Part shown: one piece after another, positions 44,364-56,605 of the stretch
Layout: every line of letters starts with the position of its first letter
How positions within the stretch are numbered: the stretch's first letter is position 1
Source of the DNA: Bdellovibrionales bacterium
GTDB taxonomy: Bacteria > Bdellovibrionota > Bdellovibrionia > Bdellovibrionales > UBA1609
Direction: 5' to 3'
Length of the DNA stretch: 64,000 bases
NCBI GenBank assembly: GCA_965261545.1
Contig: CBDHDF010000006.1
Location: 128,001 to 192,000, forward strand
Position numbers and translations under genes: made by a program
Notes under the pieces: model-generated
The model's database searches: none
Told to the model about the DNA's origin: nothing
What the model saw: only the letters and a program-made list of their open reading frames with translations

Positions 44364-44366
44364 AGC

Positions 44367-44732
44367 TCACGCTCCTACGACTTGGTAAACATGATTGAGT
44401 AAGTCTTCTCTTGTAAATGGCTTTAATATATACGAACAACACCCTGCGTCCTTAGCTTTGGTACGAATCCATGGTTCATCCAATGTGGAGCAGGCAATAA
44501 CCTTTATGCTTGGGTACTCTCTGCCGATGGCAAAGGCTGCATCCACTCCATTCATATGTGGTAACACCATGTCCATAAGCACCACGTGGGGCTGGGTGTG
44601 TTTGACAACCTCAATGGCTTCCTCTCCCTCAGTGGCTTCTCCCACAACTTCCATCTGAGCGCGTTCTAAAAGAATCCTCATAATTTCCCTAATAAATGGT
44701 GCGTCATCTACAATTACTAATTTAATTGCCAT
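44367..44732 (-). CDS. single-domain response regulator (CheY-like)
   Basis: VIVDDAPFIR, VVLMD, CST, YILKPF. Confidence 0.92.
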   Translation of the reverse strand: MAIKLVIVDDAPFIREIMRILLERAQMEVVGEATEGEEAIEVVKHTQPHVVLMDMVLPHMNGVDAAFAIGREYPSIKVIACSTLDEPWIRTKAKDAGCCSYILKPFTREDLLNHVYQVVGA

Positions 44733-44778
44733 ATTAGATATTATACTGTGTTTCTAATTATACCTAAAGCCATTGTGA

Positions 44779-45435
44779 GTGACCGTGGAACCAACAGGAC
44801 TTTCTTCTAAGATTTTTATATGCTTAGGCTCTAAAGCGAGCTTAATTTCTTGTCTGTCTGGATTTTCAGGTCTTGCTGCCTATGGTGTCATTTTAGGGGT
44901 TCTGTTTTTATGTGGCTTCGGCATCCCCATACCTGAGGATATCATTCTCATTGCGGCGGGCATTTTAGCCGCTTTGGGCAAAATTTCTCTTATAGGAGCT
45001 ATGCTAGCTGGACTTTTTGGTGTCCTTGTTGGAGATACTTTCTGTTTTTGTCTTGGTCGTTATATGGGGCAGGATGTTTTTAAGCTTCCTCTTTTAAAAA
45101 AACTGATGCCTGCCCATAGAGTCAAAAAAGCTGAAAAAAAAATTCAAGAAAACTCTAAGTTTATTTGTTTTATAGCTCGCTTTCTCCCAGGACTTCGTTC
45201 CCCCATTTTTATCACTTCTGGTGTGATGGGAGTGAAACCCCTTATTTTTATTGCTCTCGATGGAGCCGCAGCCCTTATCAGTGTTCCCCTGTGGGTTTAT
45301 GTGGGTTGGTGGATTGGAGAGGAGTGGGATCAAAACCTAAAGCTCGTCAAGAGAATGCATATTTATTTGTTCATAGCTATTGCCATTATTTTTGTTGGTT
45401 ATTTCATCATAAGAAGATATCAAAGAAAATTTTAA
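44779..45435 (+). CDS. dedA: DedA family membrane protein
   Basis: GIPIPEDI, GVLVGD...GR, ARFLPGLR. Confidence 0.9.
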   Translation: MTVEPTGLSSKIFICLGSKASLISCLSGFSGLAAYGVILGVLFLCGFGIPIPEDIILIAAGILAALGKISLIGAMLAGLFGVLVGDTFCFCLGRYMGQDVFKLPLLKKLMPAHRVKKAEKKIQENSKFICFIARFLPGLRSPIFITSGVMGVKPLIFIALDGAAALISVPLWVYVGWWIGEEWDQNLKLVKRMHIYLFIAIAIIFVGYFIIRRYQRKF

Positions 45436-45448
45436 TCTGAAGGTTATT

Positions 45449-47361
45449 CCCGAGTTTGACAGCAGCATCTGCGTCAAACGAATGATATTAAAGGATTAAC
45501 GCATATAGTTGTATTTTGTTTATCCACACTTGTGGGCATTAAGGATTCTGGGAGGGATGGGGACGCCTGCGGCTTTAAATAAGGAGTTGGCATTGCCAGT
45601 GATATCTGTGCGGGTCCAAATGACTTGATCACGAATTTTAACAGGGATAGCCCTAACTTCCTTGAGTTCCCTCATGGCCTCTACAACAGTTAAAGGTCGC
45701 TCTTTAACATGACCAATGCCTATGGCTGGGCTTTTTAGGTTCATCTTCTTATCTCTTAAACATTTTGTAAGGTGGGCCTCACAAAGATAAGTTAAAAAGC
45801 ATAGAGTTAAATGTCCAATAATCCTCTGGTCTGTCCAATGGAAAACAGGACGTGTTTTCAAAGTCCCTTTTAACTCACCAAAAGCATCTTCAATTTTCCA
45901 CAATTCTTTGTAGTTGATAATAATCTCATCTGCCGTCAAGTCTTTGACATTTGTAAGGACGGCAAAAAAACCATCAATTTTTTCATCTAATTCTATTTGT
46001 TCTGCATTTAATTCATGTTTTTTATTTTTGTCGTCAGCCATCTTTACATATTTCTTATAACCTTTATTGGAAACAAAAGTACTAGACTGAACACCTTTAG
46101 AAGATAGTTTTCCTTCGATCTTTTCAAGAAGGGATTCTCTAGATTTTTTATCTCTCTCTGCTCTTTTCCTAGACCAAGTCACAATACATCTATGCCCCCC
46201 ATGGTCTGTTTCGTAAACAGCAAGCTCATTCTCATATACCCAGCTAAAACGATTTAAATCATAGACCTCTTGTTTCTTTTCTTTTTTTAAAGATCCAAGC
46301 TTCATACCAACAATAAACTCGCTTTGATCCTCACTGAGTTTGTCAGTATTAGCCTTTGATAAAAGCCCCCTATCAGCCACAAAAATGAAACGGCGTACAT
46401 TAAACTTTTTTCTCATTTTATCAACAATATCTGAAAGCGTCTTGCCTTCAAAAGTATTACCAGGGAAAACCTCAAAACCTAAAGGGATGCCATCCCGATT
46501 CACCAACAAACCAAAGACAACTTGGGTGCAGTCTGATCGTCTCTCTTTACTATAGCCAAATTGACGAAGTTTCCCTAAGTCTGTTCTTGTACTCTCGAAG
46601 CGTAAGGTTGTTAAATCATACAACACAATGTCTACTTGGAAATTAAATAAATCTCGCCCCACCCAATAAAGCGAGTTCTCTATTTCATCCTTATGGGAGG
46701 CAAGTAAGTCCATAGACCGATAAATATGCTGGAGACTCAAATCACCCTTAATCATGTCTGGGTAAAAAGATTTTTGCCAATACTCAAAAACCTTTAACTT
46801 GGAACTAGGAGCAATAAATCGGGTGGCAACTAAGGTAAAAATCACCTTACATAAATCAAATTGAACTTTCTCATGAGAATCTTTTATGTCTTTGAGGGTC
46901 TTATTGATACCCAGTTGATCAAACAACTTTTGTAAAATCAGCAAGGGACCCAAAATGAAAGTCTCTTCGATGTAAAGCTCCTTAGCCAATTGACTCACAG
47001 TGAGAAGCTCTCGGTGGCGGGATACGGCCTGCGCCAAACTATTAATCTTATCCTCTCCTCCTTCTCCAGCCTTACCTAAGGACATGAGCATGCGTTTTTT
47101 GGATTTGCCTTTTTCTCTGTAGGACTCCACAAGGTGGTAGTAGCACTGACCTTTTGAGTTTTTAGTCGTTTGGATGTACATGAGGATATTTTCTACATAT
47201 TTCTATGATATATCAATATTTAAAACGATAAAATCCTATTTTGTTTTCTACACTTTTTTTACGTCAATTTTAATTTTTCCAGCAGCTACCATTATATTTC
47301 AGTACAACCCCAATTTCTGGAAATTTCGCATTTTAACGCAGATGCTGCTGTCAAACTCGGG
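45449..47361 (-). mobile_element. IS1634-family element, copy 2 (1913 bp), 8-bp flanking direct repeat
   Basis: Same 26-bp IRs as copy 1; DR AGGTTATT at 45441-45448 and 47362-47369. Confidence 0.96.
45520..47181 (-). CDS. IS1634-family transposase
   Basis: Same as 34207-35868 except KPEL to KHEL. Confidence 0.95.
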   Translation of the reverse strand: MYIQTTKNSKGQCYYHLVESYREKGKSKKRMLMSLGKAGEGGEDKINSLAQAVSRHRELLTVSQLAKELYIEETFILGPLLILQKLFDQLGINKTLKDIKDSHEKVQFDLCKVIFTLVATRFIAPSSKLKVFEYWQKSFYPDMIKGDLSLQHIYRSMDLLASHKDEIENSLYWVGRDLFNFQVDIVLYDLTTLRFESTRTDLGKLRQFGYSKERRSDCTQVVFGLLVNRDGIPLGFEVFPGNTFEGKTLSDIVDKMRKKFNVRRFIFVADRGLLSKANTDKLSEDQSEFIVGMKLGSLKKEKKQEVYDLNRFSWVYENELAVYETDHGGHRCIVTWSRKRAERDKKSRESLLEKIEGKLSSKGVQSSTFVSNKGYKKYVKMADDKNKKHELNAEQIELDEKIDGFFAVLTNVKDLTADEIIINYKELWKIEDAFGELKGTLKTRPVFHWTDQRIIGHLTLCFLTYLCEAHLTKCLRDKKMNLKSPAIGIGHVKERPLTVVEAMRELKEVRAIPVKIRDQVIWTRTDITGNANSLFKAAGVPIPPRILNAHKCG

Positions 47362-47473
47362 AGGTTATTTTTCTCGTCATCGGAATTATTAAATCAAGCT
47401 TAAGAAAGTTCTCAACCTATAGATGATAGATAGTCAAGATCAGTGGGATGGATAAATTTGGGGTAAATTATTG

Positions 47474-47502
47474 AAAAAAGCCTCGACTTTCGCCGAGGCT
47501 TT
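47474..47502 (-). terminator. rho-independent terminator downstream of groEL
   Basis: AAAAAAGCCTCG-ACTTTCGC-CGAGGCTTT; T-run follows hairpin on minus strand. Confidence 0.8.
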
Positions 47503-47568
47503 GTATGTCTCACCTGAGTGGGATATTTTATTTGATCGGAGATGGATGATCCGATCTCTGGGAGGAAA

Positions 47569-49236
<1,668 letters not shown>

Positions 49237-49278
49237 TTAAGTTATTACTTAGAACCTAAGAGCCCAGCTCATAGGATA

Positions 49279-49581
49279 TTAGTTTAAGACTCCTAAAACG
49301 TCTTCTTCACGCATCATTAAAAATTCGTCACTTCCCAGTTTAAGTTCAGTGCCGGAGTATTTACCAAAGAGAATCTTATCACCAACTCGAACCTCTAGGG
49401 CTAAAGTCTTGCCATCTTCGGTCATGCGGCCATTTCCTGTAGCCACCACTTCCCCGCGTTGGGGCTTTTCTTTTGCGGAATCAGGTATGATAATACCTCC
49501 CGTTGTTTTGTCGTCTTCTAACATACGTCGGACGAGAATTCTGTCGTGCAAGGGGCGCACTTTTACTTCTATATTTGCCAT
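49279..49581 (-). CDS. groS: co-chaperonin GroES
   Basis: RPLHDRILV, GGIIIPDSAKEKP, GKYSGTE. Confidence 0.98.
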   Translation of the reverse strand: MANIEVKVRPLHDRILVRRMLEDDKTTGGIIIPDSAKEKPQRGEVVATGNGRMTEDGKTLALEVRVGDKILFGKYSGTELKLGSDEFLMMREEDVLGVLN

Positions 49582-49731
49582 TGAAAACCTCCTATATACA
49601 GGTTAATGGTTATGGGTTTACTGGTTACTTTGGTTATTGTTTTAGTTACTTATGCTATTTGTTTGCGCTTGATGAATAAGCGCATGTATGTGGCACCTTC
49701 AAAATAATGATCTGGAGCTTCAACGCCCTCA

Positions 49732-49759
49732 ATATGTAAGGGAATTTTCTCTTGTCAAG
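49732..49759 (-). promoter_or_regulatory. putative sigma32-type heat-shock promoter of groESL
   Basis: Minus strand CTTGAC, 13 nt, CTTACATAT resembles CTTGAA-N13-17-CCCCATNT. Confidence 0.4.
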
Positions 49760-50009
49760 CAAGAGGCTAAAAAATAAATCATTGCACCCATGGATAATGC
49801 TTATAGATATTGACTCGACGCAACACACCATCTTTGGTTAAGAAAATAGACACCATCATGACAGGTGACTAAGTTTTAATCAAATACGAGGCCAGATGAA
49901 TGGAGAAGAGAATCTAAAATACCAGCGATATCAATAGATTAGATTATTTTCTTTTCTTACCCTGTTGGTACGATACTTGGATAGTAACAGATATGAGAGA
50001 GGGGGAAAC

Positions 50010-51272
50010 ATGTCCAGGAATTTTAAGTATCACTATAGAACTATATATAAGAGTTTACATAGGAATCTACATAGGAATTTTAAGCTTCTATGCCAAAAAA
50101 TCCTATGTCAAAAAGCAAGCTTCGCTGAATTTCGCTTCAAACATTGGATTATACCCTTAATGGGTGTTACCCTTTATGCTGCATGCTCAGATGTGAAATT
50201 TGACCATAAACCCAGTGAAACCTGCAATGAGTTCAATGGAGCTTTTGGGGAAGGAACTTGCACGGTCAATCCTCAGGGAGTTAATGAGTATAACTACTCC
50301 ATAAGAGTGGGGCCTGTGGGTATCATTGTTGTCATTGACCCCTCCGAGTCCATGGTGCCAGAGCAGGAAAAAATGGTGTCGAATTTCCATAACCTTGTCA
50401 ATAATATTTCACATTTAGACTGGAGAATGTCTGTGACAACCACAGATGTAGCCAATGAGCGTGGGAAATTCCTGCAATTTCCCAATGGAAAAGACATGAT
50501 CTCTGTGAATACATCCCATGCCAAAGAAGAATTTCGAGGTATGATTAAACAAATTCAAGATATTCAAGAAGCCAGAAGAAGCGCTTGTCGTAAGTCTTCA
50601 AATTATAAGAAGTGTCCATCGGGTGACGAAAGAGCTATTTACGCCGTCAATCTTGGCCTTGATCGTGGGCACGCAGAGCTTTTTGGCCATGGTCACTTGG
50701 CGATCATTATTCTCTCCGATGAAAACGAGAGGTCCAATGGAGGGAAATATGCAGGGGATCCCCTTGAGGAGTATGACCTTCCAGAGACACTTGTAAGCAA
50801 AGTTAAGCACCAGTTGGGGCCTCGACAAACCATAAGTGTGCACCCCATTGTGATTCGCAGCCTTAGAAAAAATGCAGATGGAAAAGTCGTTTCTCGACCC
50901 GATGTGAGTTGCTTTAATAAGCAAAATAAGCAAGAGGTCAGCCATTACGGCACGATGTATGAAGAGCTTGCTTTCCCCGACAACGAGCTAAAAGCCTTAG
51001 GGGGCATTGTCGAGGGGCATACGGGATCCATCTGTGCTGCGGACTACGGTGCTGAGTTGGGAGCGATGGCTTCAAAAATTGTGACCAATTCACAAATTGA
51101 GAAATTGCCTTGTAACCCTGAGAATCCTGAAGACCTTCAAGTGACTTTTTCACCAGAACCAGAATCTCCTGTGGAACTCACCATTGATGAGAATAACTTC
51201 TTGAGAATGACTCCCGCTGTTTCTGCGGGGACCATCGTATCGGTGAAGGTGAGATGCTCTATCACTCAATAG
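50010..51272 (+). CDS. lipoprotein with vWA-like domain (start uncertain)
   Basis: Lipobox YAAC; IIVVIDPSESM (MIDAS DxSxS), VTTTD, IIILSDENE, GSIC. Confidence 0.7.
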   Translation: MSRNFKYHYRTIYKSLHRNLHRNFKLLCQKILCQKASFAEFRFKHWIIPLMGVTLYAACSDVKFDHKPSETCNEFNGAFGEGTCTVNPQGVNEYNYSIRVGPVGIIVVIDPSESMVPEQEKMVSNFHNLVNNISHLDWRMSVTTTDVANERGKFLQFPNGKDMISVNTSHAKEEFRGMIKQIQDIQEARRSACRKSSNYKKCPSGDERAIYAVNLGLDRGHAELFGHGHLAIIILSDENERSNGGKYAGDPLEEYDLPETLVSKVKHQLGPRQTISVHPIVIRSLRKNADGKVVSRPDVSCFNKQNKQEVSHYGTMYEELAFPDNELKALGGIVEGHTGSICAADYGAELGAMASKIVTNSQIEKLPCNPENPEDLQVTFSPEPESPVELTIDENNFLRMTPAVSAGTIVSVKVRCSITQ

Positions 51273-51302
51273 AGGGTATGTCAGATATTCGTCACTTCGT
51301 CA

Positions 51303-52001
51303 TTACAACTGCCTCGGTGTGTGAGCAATGGTCCAAACAGAGAAGGAGGGTGGGAGTCCAAGCCTCTCATAGGCGGCTAAGGCTGTTGAACCTGTTGTGA
51401 CCACATCATCCACAAAAATATAGTCCGAGGTTCGAGGGGGAGGTGGGAGGTATCGACTCAGTTGAATTCCCTTTCTTTCCTTTTGGTTGAGTCGTTTTTG
51501 AGAATCTGTGGATTTACGATATAGTCCATTCCAATACGGACTTCCTCCCCATATGGCCGACAAAGATTGGGCCATCTTGGTGGCATGATCCTCCGTAAGC
51601 GTAGCTTTAGGTGGAGCAGGAATAAAAACGGGTTTTTTGCGGGTTTTGAGCCCCATGGTTCTCCATATGAGAAAAGAAAGGTCATTGAAAACAGAGGTAT
51701 ATTTTCCTCCTTTAATTTTGCAAATGAGGTGGTAAACCCTCTCTTGCTCCATACTGCCCAGTGAGTAGGTTTTAAGGGGCAGTCCCTTGACTTCCCTCCA
51801 TTCTAGTAAACCCATCAATTTATGGAGACACACTCTACAGTAGAGGTCGTGGGAGATCATCAGTGCCCTTCCACACCAGGAACAGGCCCGAAGGTGTCTC
51901 AAGGGATTCATAGAATTCATAGGACTCAAAGCATTTATAGGATAGGCCATAACATAGGAGATAAGCATTTTTCGTGCCAACTTTCCCACGGCCACCTCCA
52001 C
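51303..52001 (-). CDS. comF: ComF-family phosphoribosyltransferase-like protein
   Basis: CxxC...CxxC N-terminus, SQK.LN..ER, FVDDVVTTGST. Confidence 0.8.
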   Translation of the reverse strand: MEVAVGKLARKMLISYVMAYPINALSPMNSMNPLRHLRACSWCGRALMISHDLYCRVCLHKLMGLLEWREVKGLPLKTYSLGSMEQERVYHLICKIKGGKYTSVFNDLSFLIWRTMGLKTRKKPVFIPAPPKATLTEDHATKMAQSLSAIWGGSPYWNGLYRKSTDSQKRLNQKERKGIQLSRYLPPPPRTSDYIFVDDVVTTGSTALAAYERLGLPPSFSVWTIAHTPRQL

Positions 52002-52038
52002 CCCATTTCATTCGCCTCCACGGACACTTCATTTGAAA

Positions 52039-53169
52039 CTAGGGTGAGACTTGAAGCTTTTCATGGAGGCTTCGAGCGGCAGCGAGGTGTCCTATGATGC
52101 CATTTCTTTTTTGAGAGAGGACAGATGAGGGCAAGAAATTTTTCAACCGAGTGGTTTGGAGGTTCAATGCTATGTAACCATGACTGTCGGGCTCAACAAT
52201 AATTTTTTCTTCCAAGGTCCCTTCAAACCACTTGGGAAAGGGTTTTTTGAGTTGTCTTTTCATATACCTTAGCTGTGAGCCTAGGGACTCAGGATTTTCA
52301 GCAATCTCATCGGGAATCAAACTTTGCCAAACGGAGAGGTGAGAGTGGGGCCCCAAAAAAAATCGGCCCACAAAAGGCTCATGTTCTTTGCCTCCGGAAA
52401 AAAAGTAAAGTTTATGATGGAGTTCTTCCTGATGCATCTCTTTGTGTTTGAAAGTCAGAAGAAGACTTGTCATGGTGGTGGCTTTGGTGATCTTTTGGTG
52501 CCAAGATGGAGATATGAGGTCCCTAGGGAGCAGATTGGGAAGAGCCTTGGGGGAGTCGCAATAGAGATAGGTGGAGGCATGTAGTTTCTGATTGCCATTT
52601 ATAACAATAGCCGTGACAGATTCTCCTGCTCTGTTGCACTCAATACCGGTCAACTCCGCCTGATGAAAATGAGTTCCTGTAAAGTTCTCCACCATTTTTT
52701 GCTTCCACCACTTCATGGGCTGAATTAGATTAAGGGCTGAAGGAACACGGAGTTGACTTAAATAATCCACCGAAGAGGACTTTGTTTCGCCAAATCCTGT
52801 AAAGGGAAGCCATTGGCCCCTCTCCCAAATGGAAAATTGAGGATGGACAACAGAGTCCTCAAAGGTTTTTTCGTTGATAAGCTTTGAGAGCCATTGAAGA
52901 GATTCCCTTGTGGTCTTTTCGTCGGGATAAAATTCTATTTCTTGTGGCCAATGGGCAGAAGACTCTGAAGCCTCTACCTTGGCTGAACTCCAGAGATTGG
53001 GTGAACTTACAATCGCCACCTTGTGAGATTCTTTTGAAAGGACCATGCTCAGAGACCAGCCAGCCCAGTTGTCGCCTATAATAATAAAATCAAAGAATTC
53101 CTCATTTTCTTTTTTCTTTTTTGCTGTTGCCATAGCAAGTACCATTCCAGACAGGGGACAAAATTTCAA
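52039..53169 (-). CDS. hypothetical protein with degenerate FAD-dependent oxidoreductase fold
   Basis: FDFIIIGDNWAG (degenerate GxGxxG); start may be MATAKKKK. Confidence 0.55.
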   Translation of the reverse strand: MKFCPLSGMVLAMATAKKKKENEEFFDFIIIGDNWAGWSLSMVLSKESHKVAIVSSPNLWSSAKVEASESSAHWPQEIEFYPDEKTTRESLQWLSKLINEKTFEDSVVHPQFSIWERGQWLPFTGFGETKSSSVDYLSQLRVPSALNLIQPMKWWKQKMVENFTGTHFHQAELTGIECNRAGESVTAIVINGNQKLHASTYLYCDSPKALPNLLPRDLISPSWHQKITKATTMTSLLLTFKHKEMHQEELHHKLYFFSGGKEHEPFVGRFFLGPHSHLSVWQSLIPDEIAENPESLGSQLRYMKRQLKKPFPKWFEGTLEEKIIVEPDSHGYIALNLQTTRLKNFLPSSVLSQKRNGIIGHLAAARSLHEKLQVSP

Positions 53170-53325
53170 ACTCTTTTATAGAGTGAGTCGTATTGCCTCA
53201 TAAATAAGCGACCCAAAACGCATCGCAATAATTTGCAAGTTATCACTATAAAATCGAGTGAAGGTTTCACACTCACTTTCTTGGCGCCCCAAAACGGCCA
53301 TTTATGGCGATTTGGCAAGGAGGTC

Positions 53326-54105
53326 TCACCCAAAACGCCCATGGATATAGTCTGCTGTTTTTTGTTGAGAGGGATGCTCAAAAAGCTTTTTTGTCAAACC
53401 TACTTCCACAAGGTGGCCAGCGTAAAAAAAAGCCGTTTCTTGGGAAACGCGGAGAGCTTGCTGCATATTATGTGTAACAATAATCACCGTGTAGTTTTTG
53501 CCTAATTGATGTATTAGCTCCTCCACTTTGTCCATAGACATGGGATCAAGGGCCGAACAAGGCTCATCCATAAGAATGATATCTGGATTCATAGCGAGAC
53601 TCCTTGCAATACACAGCCTCTGCTGCTGCCCTCCCGATAAAGTCAACGCCGATTCATGAAGGCGATTTTTTACTTGATCCCAAAGCCCTGCCATCCTCAG
53701 ATTTTGTTCCACAAATTCATCATAATTGCACTTGAAGCCATTCACCCTAGGTCCCCAAATTATATTCTTATAAATCGACTTGGGAAAAGGATTCGGTTTT
53801 TGAAAAACCATACCTATACGACGCCGAAGGTTCACAACGTCTGCCTTGGGATCAATAATATTCTCGCCATGAAAGGTAATTTCCCCCTGCACTTTTGTGT
53901 GAGACAAAAGGTCGTACATGCGATTCATACACCGTAACATAGTGCTCTTACCACATCCGCTGGGGCCAATGACCGCCGTGACACCACCTTTTTTAATCTT
54001 CATATTAACATCAAATAGGGCCTGCCTCCCCCCATAAAAGAAAGACAGATTCTTCGTCTCTATGGCATAGTCTTCTCCATAATCCATAGCCTCTCCCGGT
54101 CCCAT
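53326..54105 (-). CDS. pstB: phosphate ABC transporter ATP-binding protein
   Basis: GPSGCGKST, GMVFQKPNPFPKSIY, LSGGQQQRLCIAR, DYIHGRFG. Confidence 0.95.
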   Translation of the reverse strand: MGPGEAMDYGEDYAIETKNLSFFYGGRQALFDVNMKIKKGGVTAVIGPSGCGKSTMLRCMNRMYDLLSHTKVQGEITFHGENIIDPKADVVNLRRRIGMVFQKPNPFPKSIYKNIIWGPRVNGFKCNYDEFVEQNLRMAGLWDQVKNRLHESALTLSGGQQQRLCIARSLAMNPDIILMDEPCSALDPMSMDKVEELIHQLGKNYTVIIVTHNMQQALRVSQETAFFYAGHLVEVGLTKKLFEHPSQQKTADYIHGRFG

Positions 54106-54117
54106 TGTTATATGTCC

Positions 54118-55278
54118 TTATCTTGCAGAAGACGTAAATTGACGATGGGCTCTCACCACACTGTGATCAAACAACGGCCCCAGACCTGGAACCCCTTTCG
54201 GCATGGATTTATAAGATGACAGCCAAGTCTCTGGAGACTCCATACATAAGAATATATTCCAATCCTTATCATGGGACTTAAATAAATCAAGAACATAGCG
54301 AAACATCTCTTGTCGTAGATTTTGATCATAACGAAGCTTGCCATCACGACTCCTAAACATCTCTGACGAATTGACAAAGCTCTTCATTCCAAAACGCTCT
54401 CTCATCATATCCTTTTGCTCTGGAGAAAATCTTAAGGCTCCCATGGAGAGAATTTTCAATTCCTTTGGAGAAAACCGGGAAGTGATCTCTCCCACAAGGG
54501 TTTTGTAGCTCTGCTTCCAAAGGGGGTGCCAAATCATGGGGTCTATGTGAAAAGCCACAGAAAAGTTCCTATCAACACACTTTCGAGCCGCCATAAACCG
54601 CTCCTCAAGGCTGGCTGTGCCCCTCTCCTCGTGTTCAATCACAGTTTGTGGATTCACAGACCAACTGACGATAATATTTCCACAGTGGGGTTCATCTATG
54701 AATTGATCCACAAAGTGAGACTTTGTTTTAAACTCTAGCTGCCAAAGAGGAAATTCACGAAAAAGTCCAATAAGTTTTTTTGAATACTCCGTTATAGGAT
54801 CTAAAGAAAGACTGTCGATCACCTCCCCCGTGCCAATGCGAAATTTTTGCTGGGAACAGCTTTGTGCCAACTCTCGAAGCTCATCCATCGCCGCATCAAT
54901 ATTGGCATAAATTGTCAAAACAGGGGTATTTATAAAGCTCTGCAAGTAACAATAAGAGCAGTCCATATCGCACTGAAGGCCAAGGTTGAGAACAAAGTAA
55001 TTACAACAGACAAGACCTGGGCGCGCTCCTGGGCACCTCTTAAAGAAATGGCCCTTAAAGTTTTCCACATAAAGATGACGCTTGCTCCGATCGAATTCCC
55101 TAGCAGATAAGAGTCCTTGGGCACCTGAGAAAGGCCGCTGAGTCACCATTTGGATATTATCCCCAGGGAAAAGACTCTGAATTCGACGGCTCAACTCACT
55201 ATGCCAGCAATCTTTATGGATAAAAATTTGGTCAAATTTCTGGCCAAACTTTTGGTCAAACTTGCTTACCTCTACCAT
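54118..55278 (-). CDS. spore photoproduct lyase-like radical SAM protein
   Basis: CDMDCSYCYLQ, GTGEVIDSL, LEFKTKS, SWSVNP, FHIDPMI, DGKLRY, LCME. Confidence 0.85.
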   Translation of the reverse strand: MVEVSKFDQKFGQKFDQIFIHKDCWHSELSRRIQSLFPGDNIQMVTQRPFSGAQGLLSAREFDRSKRHLYVENFKGHFFKRCPGARPGLVCCNYFVLNLGLQCDMDCSYCYLQSFINTPVLTIYANIDAAMDELRELAQSCSQQKFRIGTGEVIDSLSLDPITEYSKKLIGLFREFPLWQLEFKTKSHFVDQFIDEPHCGNIIVSWSVNPQTVIEHEERGTASLEERFMAARKCVDRNFSVAFHIDPMIWHPLWKQSYKTLVGEITSRFSPKELKILSMGALRFSPEQKDMMRERFGMKSFVNSSEMFRSRDGKLRYDQNLRQEMFRYVLDLFKSHDKDWNIFLCMESPETWLSSYKSMPKGVPGLGPLFDHSVVRAHRQFTSSAR

Positions 55279-55504
55279 TCGAATCCTATCGAATCTTATT
55301 GAGTTTTTCTAACAAAGTAAGTTTTTTGATACAAACAAATTGTATTGTATAGAGGCTTTTAAATCCACACAGACCCCTCTATTCTATAAATCTATTCTAT
55401 AAAATCAGCGGGGCGTGGGTGGGGAAGCAAGGCGCCCCCATGAATGTTACCGCAGTTGCAGTATAGTCGTATAGCAGTATAATACAAGAGGATTCGAGGT
55501 AAGT

Positions 55505-56407
55505 ATGAAAAATATAATCCAACAACGGCTATGGTTATGGCTCTTAGCCACTGGAGTTCTTCTGTTTTTTTTAGCCTGTCAGCTTTCATTCAATAATGAC
55601 AGGGAGAGGGCTGCCTCATCCATTCACTCTAACAAACAAGCCTTTGAGCTAGACCCAGTTCTTCACCCCATTGGAGGTCGTATTGTATTTAACCGAAAGT
55701 GTGCAGACGAAACTCTTGACCATGTTCAAGCATACGCTAAAATGGGTTCCCAAGATGGCCGGGCACAAACAGTTGTCGCTGTCAACGTTGGGTACCGTAC
55801 CTCAAGCCAAGGACAGGGAGTCCATGTGCGTGTGGATTTAGAAAGACTGAAGCTGAATGCGAGAAAGGGTTGGGAAAGTGTGAACTATACAGTCCAGCTC
55901 AAAGGGCGCCACAAACAAAGAGCTTGGAAAAGTCAGGCACTGGATAGCTATCTCGGTGGTAAGGAAGGAGACATGCCCGGTAAGATAAGATTTAGCACTA
56001 AAAAAATGGGAGTCGACGACTGGATCACATTCGTGGAGAACGAGGACAGAGTTGAAGATTCAAACCACTTCTTCAATTTACCGCCAGATCTGTATCTCAG
56101 GACTTCAGACATGGAAGTGAAGAGCCCCCAAGACAAATTTGATCTGGAGTTGGTGCTTCAAAACAAATCCAACGGACAAGTCCTTGAGCTACAAGGGCCA
56201 CGGATTCGTATACCAAAGCGGATTTGGGCTATGAATCCTCCTGTTCCTTGTGCTACCTGCGGGCCTCGCAAGCTCGGATTGTTAGAAACGCTGAATCCAT
56301 TCCAAAAAGGTGGATTATTCCATGTATTGGCAAGGGCATTAAAATATGATAAATGCATCCAAGAGCGAAAGGCAGCCAAGAGATCTCTTGGCCCATATAT
56401 AGATTAG
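55505..56407 (+). CDS. hypothetical lipoprotein
   Basis: Signal peptide with FLAC lipobox; GAGGT RBS. Confidence 0.65.
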   Translation: MKNIIQQRLWLWLLATGVLLFFLACQLSFNNDRERAASSIHSNKQAFELDPVLHPIGGRIVFNRKCADETLDHVQAYAKMGSQDGRAQTVVAVNVGYRTSSQGQGVHVRVDLERLKLNARKGWESVNYTVQLKGRHKQRAWKSQALDSYLGGKEGDMPGKIRFSTKKMGVDDWITFVENEDRVEDSNHFFNLPPDLYLRTSDMEVKSPQDKFDLELVLQNKSNGQVLELQGPRIRIPKRIWAMNPPVPCATCGPRKLGLLETLNPFQKGGLFHVLARALKYDKCIQERKAAKRSLGPYID

Positions 56408-56605
56408 GCTACAAATGAGGCTATAAAAAAAATTAAGATGAGTAGATGGAAGAAAATAGACGTAGCCAATAGAAGAAAACAAAAGTAATAGATAGAAGAA
56501 AACAAAAAAAAAAGTAATAATAATAATATAGAGAAGATGCAGAAGCCATTAGATAAAAGCAATCAAAATATAAGAACATTAAGAATATCAAGAAAGGTTT
56601 AAAGC

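Noticed and set aside
34136..47361. Composite transposon carrying sdh-etf-histone between IS1634 copies 1 and 2
   Set aside because: Each copy has its own matching direct repeat, showing independent insertions.
49582..49800. CIRCE element upstream of groES
   Set aside because: No TTAGCACTC-N9-GAGTGCTAA match; only a short CTCTTG/CAAGAG inverted repeat.
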